Source: Trichosphaerium sp. ATCC 40318
Lineage: Eukaryota; Protista; Tubulinea
Assembly: GCA_038496445.1 (NCBI GenBank)
Contig: JALMLS010000216.1
Location: 558,001 to 622,000 of the forward strand
DNA length: 64,000 nucleotides
Direction: 5' to 3'
Shown here: piece after piece, positions 1-12,600 of the stretch
Layout: the number at the start of each line of letters is the position of its first letter
Position numbering within the stretch: position 1 is the first letter of the stretch
Made by a program: the position numbers and the translations under genes
The notes under the pieces: generated by a model
Seen by the model: the letters and a program-made list of their open reading frames with translations, nothing else
What the model was told of the DNA's origin: nothing
Databases searched by the model: none

Positions 1-1271
1 CTAATATGTATTTAGGGAAGAAGAAAGTTCTTATTAAAACGAAATATTCCAGTTTGAACCCAAAGGATTGGAAGGTAGCGTAGTTCAGTACAATTAAACG
101 TTAAAACACCTTTTGACGCATTTCTAGGTACTGACGCATGGTTTTCTAGCGTTTTTGCATGGTGTTTTAAAAACGTTCCCTGCTATAACAGGAACAGACG
201 GCTCAGGCATCGTAGAAGCCGTAGGCGTAGATTGCAAACGAATTAAAGGTACGACCAACTTTCAATTTACAAGTAACTTCAAGTATCTTTTCAGTACTAA
301 CTCAAATCTGTAGTTGGTGATGAGGTTATGTATGGTGGTTTTCAAAAAGTAGATGGTCGTTGTATGGCAGAGTACGTCGAGTTACCTGAAGATGATGTTG
401 AGATAAAGCCATCTAACTTGACATTCCAAGAAGCTGCTTGTCTCCCTGTTGTAAGTTGGGGTTTTTTCTCGATTTTTTAATGTTACGATCACGTGATTAA
501 TTTCTTTTGTTTTTCATGTTTGTAGTCTAATTTTAATTTGTTTAGATTGGTATTACGGTCATTCAAGCGTTTATGTATACTGCAAAGTTAAAAAAAGGTG
601 ATCGCGTTTTAATTATTGGCGGAAGTGGAAGTGTTGGTTCATGTGCTACCCAACTTGCTAAGAGTATGGGTTGTCATGTCACTTCTATATGTAGCGGTAA
701 GAATAAAGAGTATTGTGAAAGTATTGGCGCGGACGATGTAATAGATTACCGTAAAGAAGACTGGAAAGTAACGCAAAAAGTACGGATTGGTTGCTTGTTT
801 TCTTGTTGACATTTCTTTGTCAGAAAGCAGGGTATAATCTAGTCTTTGACTGTGTCGGGTACAATTGGGATACTATCAAAAAGAATGCCATTGCTTCCAG
901 TAGTGGACAATACATCACAATTGTTGAAGAAAAAGGCATGAAAACAATAGGTAAGCTTAAGACAATCATCCACAAAAAAGAAAGTGCTAATGCTATGCGT
1001 TTAAGGCAACTTTTTGAACCATGCAGCAACTGTTCATTGGCGAAGTAATCTCGGCGGCATTGGCGCCCCAGGATTCCATCACGTAATGATGAAAGGTACA
1101 AGAAAGCGTTGGACAGATCTCCGAGAATTAGCAGAGAAGGGTATTTTAAAACCTGAAATCGCAAAAGAATACGAACTTGATGATATCATTGAAGCTTTTG
1201 ATGACTGTATGAACAATAAGATGAGAGGAAAACTGGTGATCAAAACGAACAGTAGTGACGATGAGGTTTAA
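1..1271 (+). CDS. NAD(P)-dependent MDR-family oxidoreductase (RTN4IP1/quinone-reductase-like), 5' partial, multi-exon
   Basis: Spliced exons give SSLNPKDWK, GTDGSGIVEAVG, AEYVELPE..KPSNLTFQEAACLP, VLIIGGSGSVGSCATQLAK, GADDVIDY and C-terminal RGKLVI; GT-AG introns. Confidence 0.9.
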
Positions 1272-1572
1272 AAGAAGAATGTAGTTGGTAGTTAATAAAT
1301 TGGTGTCTATTAATTAAGAAGCAATGACCGCAAATTTTATAGGAAAACGCACTGTGCTATTAATTTGTCCTGTTCTCTTATAAATGCCCGCTGATCATAT
1401 CCTTCACAAGCAGATATCAAGGAAGTTCATTAAGAAAAATAACTAGCGAGATTCATAGGTTTACGAGGCAACGATGATTGGGCTAAACGGTGGCTTTCAT
1501 TAATGAAAAACAACAATACAGACAGTTTGGGAACATAATTTATTGAGGTGCCTTCAAGCGATAAATAACTGT

Positions 1573-3440
1573 TTAAAACAATACGCTGAGGATTACAATA
1601 ACAAGAGCAAAGGAAACTTGCAACATAGTAGAGGAAGAAGGTGCAAGAGATGGTTCAGGTGTAGGTGCAACAGATGTTGGTGCAACAGTTGTTGGTGGTT
1701 TAGCACAGTTATCAGCAGGATCAGCTGTGGTAGGACCAGGGATACCAGTCAAACTCATTGAGGTGACTTCTGCGGCAGCAACATTGAATGTTTCAATGAT
1801 AGTCATGTTAGCAGGGTCAGACAAGTCAACCTTGTAGATGACAGCAGCGCCTCCAGTGTTCTAAAAGAAAGATAAGTAAATATGCTTTCAAAACTACTTG
1901 AAATTGACGGTAAAGTCGCCGACGTGAAATGTGAATCAAAAGAGATCGGTTACGTACTTCAGCTACCCAAGCTTCATCTTCGCCAACGACGAGGTTCTCT
2001 CTTTCATCTCTGAATTTACCAGTACCGCAAGTACCGTTAGTGAAAAGACGGAGAGATCCGAGTTGAGTCCAGTCAGATACTTTGAAAACGTATAGGGTGC
2101 CATCAGGAGCCAATACGACCAATTGATCTTGTGTTTTGCGGTTCCACTATTGAGTATTGTTAGAACAAAAACAAAACAAGGAAATCTTTTTTTTATACTT
2201 ACCTTGTAACCACATGGGTACATATCAGCGTTTGTCCATGGAAATTCCATGAAAGAACCAGCTGGTAGGGCATCTGGGACAGCAGCAGCAATGCGCAAAA
2301 ATCCTTGACCTGAATGGAAAGTTAGAAAACGTAAAGATGCAAAAAGAGCAAGTGGACGTACCAGTTGCGTTAGATGTGGTGTCATCTTCTTCAAGGGTGT
2401 AATCAGCAACGAAATATTCGCCGAATGGACTAGGCTTGATTTCTAGTGGTCTGAAAGCAGTTGTAGATTCAGGGTAAGGAAGTCTCTTGCTGGAGAAAGA
2501 CATGGCGACTGGGTCGTATGTGACAACAAGGAAACCGCCTGGACTAGCAGAGTTGCCTTGGTTTTTTTCACATCCGAACAAATGGTTGTTACCGATAACA
2601 GCACCACCGTGATAATCACTACAGTGAGAATCTTCGTCGGTCAAATTGGCAATAACTTTGACTTCTTGGTCTGCGCAGGAGAGTAAGAAAAAAAAGTTTC
2701 TGAAAAAAATCAAAAAAAAGAAGTAGTGCAACTGTACCAGTATGAGTAAAGACACGGACGCCCTTAACACCTACACCATCACCACTACGCTTACTGGTTT
2801 CCTCTTCAGGAACAGTACTAAAGTTTTGTCAGTCAAAAAAAAAAAAAAAAAAAAATCTTGAGGAAAGATTTCAGCACGTACGAAATAAAGTGGCAATTTG
2901 CAGCAGCAATGGCGAAACCGTGATGGTGTTCGACATCAGAAAACTGGATTGTGTGAGGGTCCGCTTCAAGAAGTTCATCTTCTTCAATAGCGAGAACGTA
3001 TGAATCTTCTTCAGCTGCAGCACCTGAAGCTTCTTCTCCGTCAAAGTGAAGTACAATCCAACCGAAGTGAGATTCGAAATGAAATGCTAAAGCGTTTGTG
3101 AGTGGGAGGTTTTTACGAGCGTAAAAATTTATAGCGTACGTTCAGGACCATCAAAAACTCTGTTAATAGATGGTGTTACATCAGAACCGTTTTTACGGTA
3201 ACCGCCGTCAATAATATAAGCTTTGTTGCCTACGGTTAAACCACCGAATACGCCATCTTCAGTTGTATGGGTAAGACCGTTTTCTGCTTCTACTGCAAGG
3301 GTTGTTTCAACCTTTGTAGCGGCGTCGATCACAAGAAGGTTTGCTGATGCCTTCAATGACACCAAAAGCTTTGGTCTGGCGGCGCCAAGAGCTGCAGACA
3401 CAAAAATAAGAGCAAAAAGCAAAGCGAGTTTCGTTGCCAT
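1573..3440 (-). CDS. Secreted, GPI/TM-anchored AztD-like (zinc metallochaperone) beta-propeller protein, multi-exon
   Basis: Signal peptide MATKLALLFALIFVSAALG; motifs GPEPFHFESHFGWIVLHFDG, EHHHGFAI, CSDYHGGAV..FGC; Pro/Thr stalk and hydrophobic C-terminus (VSFALVIVILSVLF*). Confidence 0.65.
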
Positions 3441-4212
3441 GGTGTTGGTGCTTGCGATAAAAAAGGTTGTATGACGCAAAAGGACATGAGAAATTATGTG
3501 GAACACGCTCTCAGACGCTCCTGTTGCGTTTATATGGGCCAGGGTAGCCCTGGAATATTTTTCACGTAACAATTTTTTTGGGGAACAGGAACATTTAGGG
3601 AGGTTTTTGGGCAACGCGTTAACTTCTCTCGACGCATAAATAACGCCTGGTGACACAAAAAAGCATAGTTTGCGAAGTGCGGTTGCTATCGATTAAAGAA
3701 GAAAGAGCGCATCTGCACAATCTCATGCTTTATATCTATCCGCTATTGCATTCCGTTATATTACATGTAATTTGAGCTTATACTTCAAGAAACAAATTTG
3801 TTTTAGGCGCGAACATGTTCTAACAGAGTCTACAATAAGAAAAAAGAGCGTATTATCCAGTTCTCGCGAAACGCACCAAATAAACGGATTTGGTGCGTTT
3901 GTAGACAATTCTAACGCGTATACAGTTATAAGTAAAGTAAATCTAGTACGTTTTGTTATTCTCTGTATTTACAGAATCAAACCTTTTTTAGTGCCCAGTC
4001 TCCTATTCTTTTTGTTCAAGTGGTACATTGCATTACGCGGTTATGTCATTTGGAAACCCGCGAATTACTTCGGTAGCCACTGTATACGCGCGTTCGTTAG
4101 AACGTAGAGGTATTTCTTTTGTTCTTAATCAGGTTTAACTACTGACAAAAAAAAAGACGAATGGAAATTACAGAATTGCATAGTGCAGTACTTTACGCCA
4201 AATTATTTTAAA

Positions 4213-6106
4213 CTACAATAGGTTTTCCCATTCAGAGGATTGTACAGCTTCTACTTGTTGACTCTCTAATCCATAAAAAAGGTCTTGGTCATACGTCATA
4301 GTCATTAAATCTTTAGCAACGCCAATAGTTTCGTTTTCAGAATAAAATGAATCTCCAGCATTATTTGTTGTACCATACATACCAGAAAGACCGCTAGTAC
4401 TAGTACGAATACTATCTCCAGATAACCCTGTTACGTCCATGTGAATATCCTTGGTATCTTCTTTTGGTAGTGAAAGAAGTTTGAAATCTTTTTCAACACT
4501 TGTTTCTTGTACTGGTTCTGTGTCTGTATCGTTACCTGATTCGTATAAATGACGTTCTATTGAACCTGAAGGCGATGTAGGTTTTGTAACACCTTGGTTC
4601 TCTTTATCTTTAGCAGTTGAAGAGTTTGATGAATCGGAAATTGGATTCCGTTCAATTGATTTATCTTGTTCGTTTTCTTTTGTTATTTTCTTTTTTTTTT
4701 TAGTTTCTGTTGTACATTTCCCGCTGCTTGTTCTATTATCTAATCCAAGGTGCTAATAGAAATTACTACGAGATGATGATAGCAAAGTGGTAAAGTAGAA
4801 CAGTGGAACGGCAAACTCTATTTTTTTTTGCAACCAACACGTTTTGACATCTTTTCTTGAAATAATTGATTTAAAAAACGATACTTACTTTTCTCTTGCG
4901 AGCTGAGAGATAAACTGGTTCACCATCACTTGACATCCAGTAGTTCGGATCAATAATAAGACCTATAACGTATTAATAAAAACACCAGATGAGTCGAGTT
5001 AAAAAAATAGCGTACCTGTCTTTAGGATGTACTGACGATAGTAATTTGCGCATTGGTATCCTACACGGTGTGGTATATGGCTACTGAATAGACCCCACTT
5101 ATCGCCACAACCATACTTTGTTGCAACCTGAAACAAGGCATTTTAACAAAAAAAAAAAAAAAACAATTGTACTAACCTTTAGAAATTGTGAAGATTCTTT
5201 CTTTGACCACTCAGCAAGCCACTGCTGTTCTCCAGGAGCACATAATCTGTAGAAATATCTATTTGGATTTACCTTAAGAGAAGCAGCAGCAACAGCACGA
5301 GCTTCAGATTGACCTCCAGTACTTGACGCTTTAATAACCTTTGGATTTCGTTTTGCTTATACAACAAATTAAAAATACAGCCGACAGCCATATACAACCA
5401 AGAAAGACGCGTACCCATACGCTTTTGTAAAGCTTCTGTTTTTGGTAGATTAAATTCAGTAATGAACTTTTCATTAACCCATCCTGAATAGAATTAAAAA
5501 TAAAAACTTCTTCAGTAAAAAAAAAACTGTCGACTTTCGTTAATCTATCATGTCTTGCCTTTGAATTTTCCTGTGCTGACAAGCACAGGTGAGACGCCTC
5601 TGCGTCTCCAGTATGTTTCCGGCTCTTCCAAGTCAGATACATCACAATCCTAATTAAAGCAAGCGTTAGACATGGAGAGCATCATAAAGAGTGTTGGACG
5701 CACTTTCAGTGTTTTTGCTCCACGACTTTGTTTTGGATTACTACTCTTAGCGGTTTTTATTTTACTAAAGGTAGTAGCGAAATCACGCTCAAGCGGTTGA
5801 ACCTTTTCGGCTGGTTCGCCACGAATTCTTCGGGATTTTCGGCGCGGTCCTGTTGGTACGCTTGGCACATCTTACTACGCGTTAAAAACATATCCAAGAC
5901 GTTTTTAAATACGAATGGTTCAAAAAAGAATACCTTCTTCTTCTTGAATTTCGTCGAGCTTGCGTTTGTTAGAGCTAGTGTTGCGTAAGGTATTTGGTAA
6001 GCGTTGTTATAACGTACATGTCTTGTTTGATTGTTTCTATCCCAAGCTTTTTCATCATTTCCATATTTCGTTTTATTTTCTCTAGTCTCTTGCTCTCGTA
6101 CGTCAT
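4213..6106 (-). CDS. Myb/SANT-like domain protein with low-complexity C-terminal tail, multi-exon
   Basis: N-term YESKRLEKIKRNMEMMKKLG; NPNRYFYR..PGE..WSKEE..FLKVATKYGCGDKWGLFSSHIPHRVGYQCANYYR Myb-like repeat. Confidence 0.75.
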
Positions 6107-6531
6107 TTCAGACGTTTCTCCTTTTTTGAAGGTAAGATAACAATAAAGATTGTTTCTAACGGCTACCTGTTCCAGTAACGCATTCTTGTAGTGACGCAGA
6201 GCCTTGTGTATCCATTGTGAGTGAAACACCAAATAAATTGCCACGCCTATAGAATATAAGTATTCACTCGTAGAGCCACAGCGCAACGAAACAAAAAAAG
6301 AGCGGCGATTATTCAAATGTTTAAAAAAAAGCGCCGGTCCTACAAAAAGTGACAGTTAATTCGCTATCATACCTACAACGCTCCTGGAAGGTTTTTGTAT
6401 CAATGCGATTTACCCAGGTGTAAAATGACTATATAGTTAGCGTGAGGTAACACTACTTCAAAGGGGTGGCAAACCGCTTCTTTGCTAGTTCGTTAAATAG
6501 GTCAGACTATTTCTTGTTTCTCTGGACAGCA

Positions 6532-8918
6532 ATGATGGAGCAATCAGAGGAACCGCCTGCCAAGAGGCTTAAAGTAGCGTTAGAGCCGTTTCAAGAACCA
6601 CCTATTGAAGAAATAAGGGAAGATGGTGACGAAAAGCTTGCTCAGTACGTTCAGGTGATACTATACGGCTTTAACGTATTTTTTTGAAGTTTACCAACAC
6701 CGGACGAGAAATTTGGTGAATTAGTACGTTATCTCAGAGCGAAGAAGGAGAAAGAGGGCAAGGAAGAGGTTCGAGCCATTTTGAAGAACTGTAGTAATAA
6801 TTAATCAAAACGCTTCAGAAAGACGAAGAGGAAGATAACGAATGGCGTATTAAGCTTGACAATGATCTAGTGTACTCAATAATTAATTATTAATTAATCG
6901 CCTCTAATGCCCTCTTTCAGTGCAGCAGAAGGCGAAGCTACTCAAATGGTGCAATTCATTCAAGTTTTAAAAGAGAGGCACGCTATTGGCATGACACCAG
7001 TTTTAAAACCGCCGGCATTGGATTCAAAGGAGAGCAGAGACATAAAAATACAAGTCACGTCCAAAAAGAAGGTAATTAAAGAACCCTCAAATGAATATCG
7101 TTAACGGCTTCAAATTTATTCTGGCTAACCTTGTTTTAGCATCTCTCACAAGCAAGTGAAAAACTATCAATGGCAGCAACGCGCTTAGGAAAGCTTGTTG
7201 ACACAGACTCCAAATATTTTAATCAAGTTTTATGTCTAAGGAAATATTGGCGTATTATAGCCCCTCCACAGGCTCCTAATAATTATGAACCAATATTTTG
7301 GGTTGATTACTCACTGAGCCAAGGTAAAATGATGAACATAGTTTTATTTGTTGCACTCAAAACGCCATTAAAACTATTTCTTTTGTTTCTTTTTTTTTAT
7401 TTAATTAATTTGTTTAGAGGGATCAAAGTTTACGTCTATTGTATCTACCCCAATCAAGAAAACGGAGGATGGAGATATATTTATTGAATTGAAAAAAGAG
7501 TCATATAGCAGAGCACTTCAAGTGTGTCATCCACGTGATAAAGCACAACGTGAGTATTGTTAAAAATGTTATGATTTTCTAACTTTATATAGTTTACTTT
7601 GATCGACCTGTTACTGGCAAGGCTGTTGGTGTAAATGCGTGTAACAGTTTATTAAAATTAGCACAGTGGTCCTTGTTCAGTCATGAGGTATTCAGCCAGG
7701 TACGAATAGAGCAAGAGTAATAGTGACCTTTCAAACTAATTCTGTTGTAGCTAGCAAACAAAGACTCTCTTATCAGTACCAATCCGTTTCTAATGCAAGT
7801 TAATCAAAATGAAGTACTAGTAGAGAACACAGATGGTAATAGTATTGCGTTCCGCCTTGGTATTAGACAAAACAAGGTAAATAAAAAAATAGGAGAAAAA
7901 AAAACTTCTTAACCTTTTTGTGTATTAGGATAGTTCTGCTATGGATGTGGATGAACCAACAAATAACACAGAGCAATATTCAATTTACAAGTCAACAGAG
8001 ATTTTATTATATAGACTACAAAGAGAGTCTCAGAAGAAGCGTTTAAAAAATGCAAACAGAATTTTTTTGTCTACTCATTTTGCTAAGCAAGAACAGTACG
8101 CGTATCTGTTTAACATGTCTTTTTTTCTTGTTTTTTGGTAGGTATCTAACTCATGCCTCCATAGAAAAGAGAAAGACACCATATTGTATAAAGTAATCGC
8201 GTATTTCTATCACATATGCCAACGTAAAGCAGTTGACAAATTATTAACTTCTTTAAGAATGAATTGCACATATCTATCTTTCACGTGGCTTCCCACTGAG
8301 AAATCATGTGTTGCGTGTTTAGAATTATGTTACAGTAACAAGTACGTTGTAAAGCCAAAAACGGGCCTCGTAGAAATGAACATGCATGTTTTTATCATTT
8401 CCTGTTGATTGATTGACACTTGCATTCACCGTGTTTTCTTATTTCCGTTGGGTCTGCTGTTGAGACTTACGTTAGAGTTTTAGGATTTTGTTGTGCGCAG
8501 ACTTGATTGAAGGCAAGATTCGTGTTCAAGGTGTACAAATGCTACATGGACCACTAGAGTTTATTCATCATGTTCAACAAAGACTATGCAACAGAATATT
8601 ACAAGAAGCACTAGTACATACGAAAAAGTTTTATAAGGAGTCTCGAGTTATCTCCAAGTCTACAGAAATGAGTGTCCGTAATACAGGTGCTCGGTAAGTC
8701 CAGATTTTTTTTTTCCTTTTTTCAAACTTGAAATATTCTTACGAATTCCACCACGTAGTGTACAAATCGTTCCTGGAGTTGACTTGAATGTAAAAATACG
8801 ATGTATCAAAAAAACTACAAATGGTAAAGTAGAAGAGATTCTTTTAGAAGAAGGAGGGTTTCATGGTAGTACACCAGACGAGAAAATTTTAAACTTTTTC
8901 AAGAGTGGTATGACATAA
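6532..8918 (+). CDS. MED17: Mediator complex subunit 17 (Srb4)-like, multi-exon
   Basis: N-term acidic IEEIREDGDE, AEGEATQMVQFIQVL, KKKHLSQASEKL..AATRL, YFNQVLCLRKYWRI, VDYSLSQGGS, LLKLAQWSLFSHEVFSQL match remembered MED17 blocks. Confidence 0.75.
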
Positions 8919-8985
8919 ATATAAACTGTTTGTTAAACTTTTTGGATATGTTTTTATTTTTTTTTGGGTTTTGTCTCTGCAATGT

Positions 8986-9577
8986 TTACTCGGGGTTATT
9001 TAACACTCTAGTTAGCTCGGTCGCCTTGGACTGAACACTGAGTAATTGTCTTGATAGCGAAGCATTATCTCTTTGATTGTGTTACGCGAAGAACAAATGT
9101 ATGAATCAGTACGTACGATTTAAGCGTGTGTAGTTCTTGTAAAGACTTTGATATTGCTTCACTTCTCGTACGAAAAATTTGAGTGCAGTCGGACAAGAAC
9201 TTAGTCAAGAATGCTTCCAATTTCGCAGGCACCTCTATATGACGGATTAGCGGAATCCTTACTTTTGTAGTTGAAGATTTTGCTATTTGATTTGTTTTGA
9301 TTGTACATAAGAACTTGCCTGCCATTAGTCGTTGTTGACAGTCTTGTAATTTCTGTGCTTCCTCCTTGAGAATGAACGTGTAAGCGTGACATGCTACGTG
9401 ACATTTCAAACTTACTTGCAACTGCTCAAACCGTTCCTGTTCAGTTGCTGAGAGTCTCACCTGCTCAACCTTTTCGTGTTTGATTTCTTCATCTGGCAGT
9501 TCATCAGCATCAGTAATTTCTGGTGCATCGTCGTCTGTTCTTCGTCGCTTGTGGGGTGGGCTGTTGATGCTTTGCAT
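8986..9577 (-). CDS. Small coiled-coil hypothetical protein with N-terminal NLS (PPHKRRR), multi-exon
   Basis: ATG 9577; spliced exons end ..LTRVLNNPE*; heptad-like E/Q/L-rich sequence. Confidence 0.6.
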
Positions 9578-9611
9578 TAGCGGATGTGTCTACAATCCTG
9601 AGTGGGCTTAA

Positions 9612-9649
9612 GGTGACTTAGCTAAGTCACCACAGTGACAAACTGTGGT
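9612..9649. promoter_or_regulatory. 20-bp perfect palindrome plus adjacent inverted repeat in ~100-bp bidirectional promoter
   Basis: GGTGACTTAG|CTAAGTCACC at 9612-9631, then ACCACAGT..ACTGTGGT; lies between divergent ATGs at 9577 and 9680. Confidence 0.5.
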
Positions 9650-9679
9650 CTTCCTAATGACGCCTCAGTAACCCTCGTT

Positions 9680-12600
9680 ATGAAGTTACGCGTTCAGGGT
9701 ATCTAAGGTGCTTAACACTAAGATATTTACTCATTTTTTAGTCATTGAACTTTTAAACGCGCCAAACGTAACTAAAGGTATGCAAAACACTTGAAGAATG
9801 CGTTAAAAGATGTAACTAAATTTTTACAGATGGAACATTACTATTGCGCGTTATAGCAACGTCATCGAAGGAACGTGTAAAAAAGCGCGTGTTCACATTA
9901 AACAGTTTACCCAGTAAATTGTCAACAAAGTTGTACGTACAAATATTAGTCTATAGCTGTATGCTTATCAACACAGCGCTGTCAACCCAGAACAGCATTT
10001 AACTGTCACTCTCAAAGCTGCCAAGGGCAATGTGCGTAACAACGCCTGTTATTATCATCCTACCACCTGTTGACGCCTATATTGAAGAAAAACGCAACTA
10101 TTGGAAAGAAAAAAATAAAATTCAGTGCAATCCAACAATATTTGGAATCTAGTGCAGTTATACCTATAACTGTTAATGACGAGAAGAATATTATAGTTAA
10201 ACTACAATTCCACAAGGTAAAGCCAACTTCTCATGAAATACTATCGATTACGTGAACTGATAAAAAGAGTTTTGTAGATTACTAGCAAATCCAACAGACA
10301 GGAGCTGTTAGGATCGCTATCGCTTGCTGCTTATGACGCAGACTTCTCCTTGGACCTGAAAGAGAACCCAATAACGTAAGTTCAACCGCCTGTTCGCTTG
10401 TATGACATCAAGATGTTTTATACTGTTACTAACAACTTAAGGCCACGAGAACAAGATATTAGTGCGTATTCAAGTAACAGTGTATTCGGCAGTGTAAGCT
10501 TTTTCTTGTTTTTTTCGTTGTCTGATTTACTGATGCTTGTTTTTAGGACAGTGACATATCCGATGCACGTTTTGATATCAATGTTGGTGAGGACTAACTT
10601 TCTATTAGAATAATCTATCACTTGAAGAATCATCAACAAGCGCGTCATCAGTGCAACTATTGAAAACAACATCACGGCCAACTTTGAATCCATCTGATGA
10701 ATCTGTGGATACTTGTCATTCATCTGCTGCTTCACTAGCATCTCGGAAGTCTTCTAAATCATCAGACATTATTGCACCATATGGACGTGAATTAAACGAA
10801 TCTGAAGATAAGCATGAGCCACAACGAGGACCTACAACTGGCTATGCTCGTTCCGATGAGAGTTTTTCCGAAAGCGAAGAAAGTAGTAGTGCAGAGCTAA
10901 TCAACCCAGTCGAAAGGATGGATTCGAATAATACGGATGCAACGACACAATATAGCATTTTAAAGAACTCACCGAGAGCCTTATCTGCTTCGATATCTAG
11001 CATCAAACTAGAAAAGAATGAATCTTCCATGGCATTTGAAGAAAATTACGCCAATGAAACAATGCTTCCTGCATTGCCACAAGACCCTCCTGCGGTGCAA
11101 CGTACTTCTTCAAAGAAAAGGCGTAAGGAGAAGAGAGTAAAACGCTCAAATTCTAAAAAAGCTGGCAAAAAACCCGTGACTCCTGTTGCTTCATACACGA
11201 ATGATAGTGTACCTTCATATACAAATGACAGTGGTTCTTTTGTAACTGAAGAACCAATCCGTTCTGAAGGACCTGTTGCAAGCTATACAAACGACGAATC
11301 TCGCCCTGCCAGAAAACCAAGGAAGAAGATTTCGAAAAAACCGAAAGAAAAAGAAGCGATGGTTGCTTCATACACTAATGATAGTGATCCTAATCCTACT
11401 GCTGGTGTAGCATCTTATACGAATGATAATATGACCATTAATGAAGGAAAGAAAGAAGACAATATTGATAGTGCGGTTGCAAGCTATACAAATGACTCAG
11501 CAGATTTTGAAGCGCGAAAACCATCACGTGACAAAAAACGACCGAAGAAAAAACGTACTGCGGCCGTGCCGTCGTATACTACGGATAATCTTGCTAAAGA
11601 CAGCGGTGTGGTTGCTTCATACACTAATGATGGAGATTATGGTGATCAACGAAGCGCAGTTAAGAAATCTAACCCAAATATTGCTTCGTACACGAATGAC
11701 ACTACTTCAAGTATTAGTGGAGCTGTGGCTTCATACACAAATGACAATGTGTCTATACAAGAAGAGGTGAGAACCGAAAATCCTGTAGCTAGCTATACGA
11801 ACGATTCAAATGAATACAAGCCTAAAAAACGTGCAATGCCAAAAAAGGAACAAAAACCTAAACCTTCCAAGATCACACCATCATACGCAAACGAAAGTTC
11901 AGAAGATGATATTCCAGAAAATACATTTATAAAGCCAGAAGTCGCTTCAAATACGAATGATTCTTCTGTTGCATCGTACACTAATGACTCAGATGTCGCT
12001 TCATACGCTAATGATCCAGCACCTGTCAAGAAAAAGCCACAGCGTGCTACTCCAAGTAGAAATAGCAGTTCTGTGGCATCATATACTAATGACTCAGATG
12101 TTGCTTCATATACAAATGACACAGCGCCAGTAAAGAAAAGAGTACAACAAAATACTCCAGGCTTCAAAGTAACCAGCCCTGAGGCATCATACACAACAGA
12201 TAGTCCAGTAACAAGAATTAACATTAATACGGAGCACATGAATGCGAGCTATACCACTACTGAGGAGAAAGTATACACAAAAAGTAGTGATTCTGTAGTA
12301 ACATATACTACGGACGCAAGTGTCGTATCAGATGAGAGTGATGACTCTATTTTTGGTGTCTTGGAGTCAAACGATGATGAAGCTTCAGCTGACGATTTCC
12401 AAGTTGATCCAAGCGATACTTATTTTACTCAAGAGGATGGCCAGACTCAAAACATTACTTCTCATAGAAGCGGTGGTGATATGTCAGATTCGGAATCTGA
12501 GTCTTTCACTATGCAAGATAGTTCTGGAGATAGTGATAGTGATTCGATTGTATCTTTTCTGTCAGATTCTTCTCATGGAAGTAACGACTCTCAAGCACTT

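Noticed and set aside
3772-4107. 111-aa ORF
   Set aside because: TTG start, intergenic composition, no motifs
11185-12315. Possible CRISPR-like repeat/spacer array
   Set aside because: Repeats are conserved as peptide with synonymous DNA variation and irregular spacing, inside an open exon of a eukaryotic gene; no cas genes
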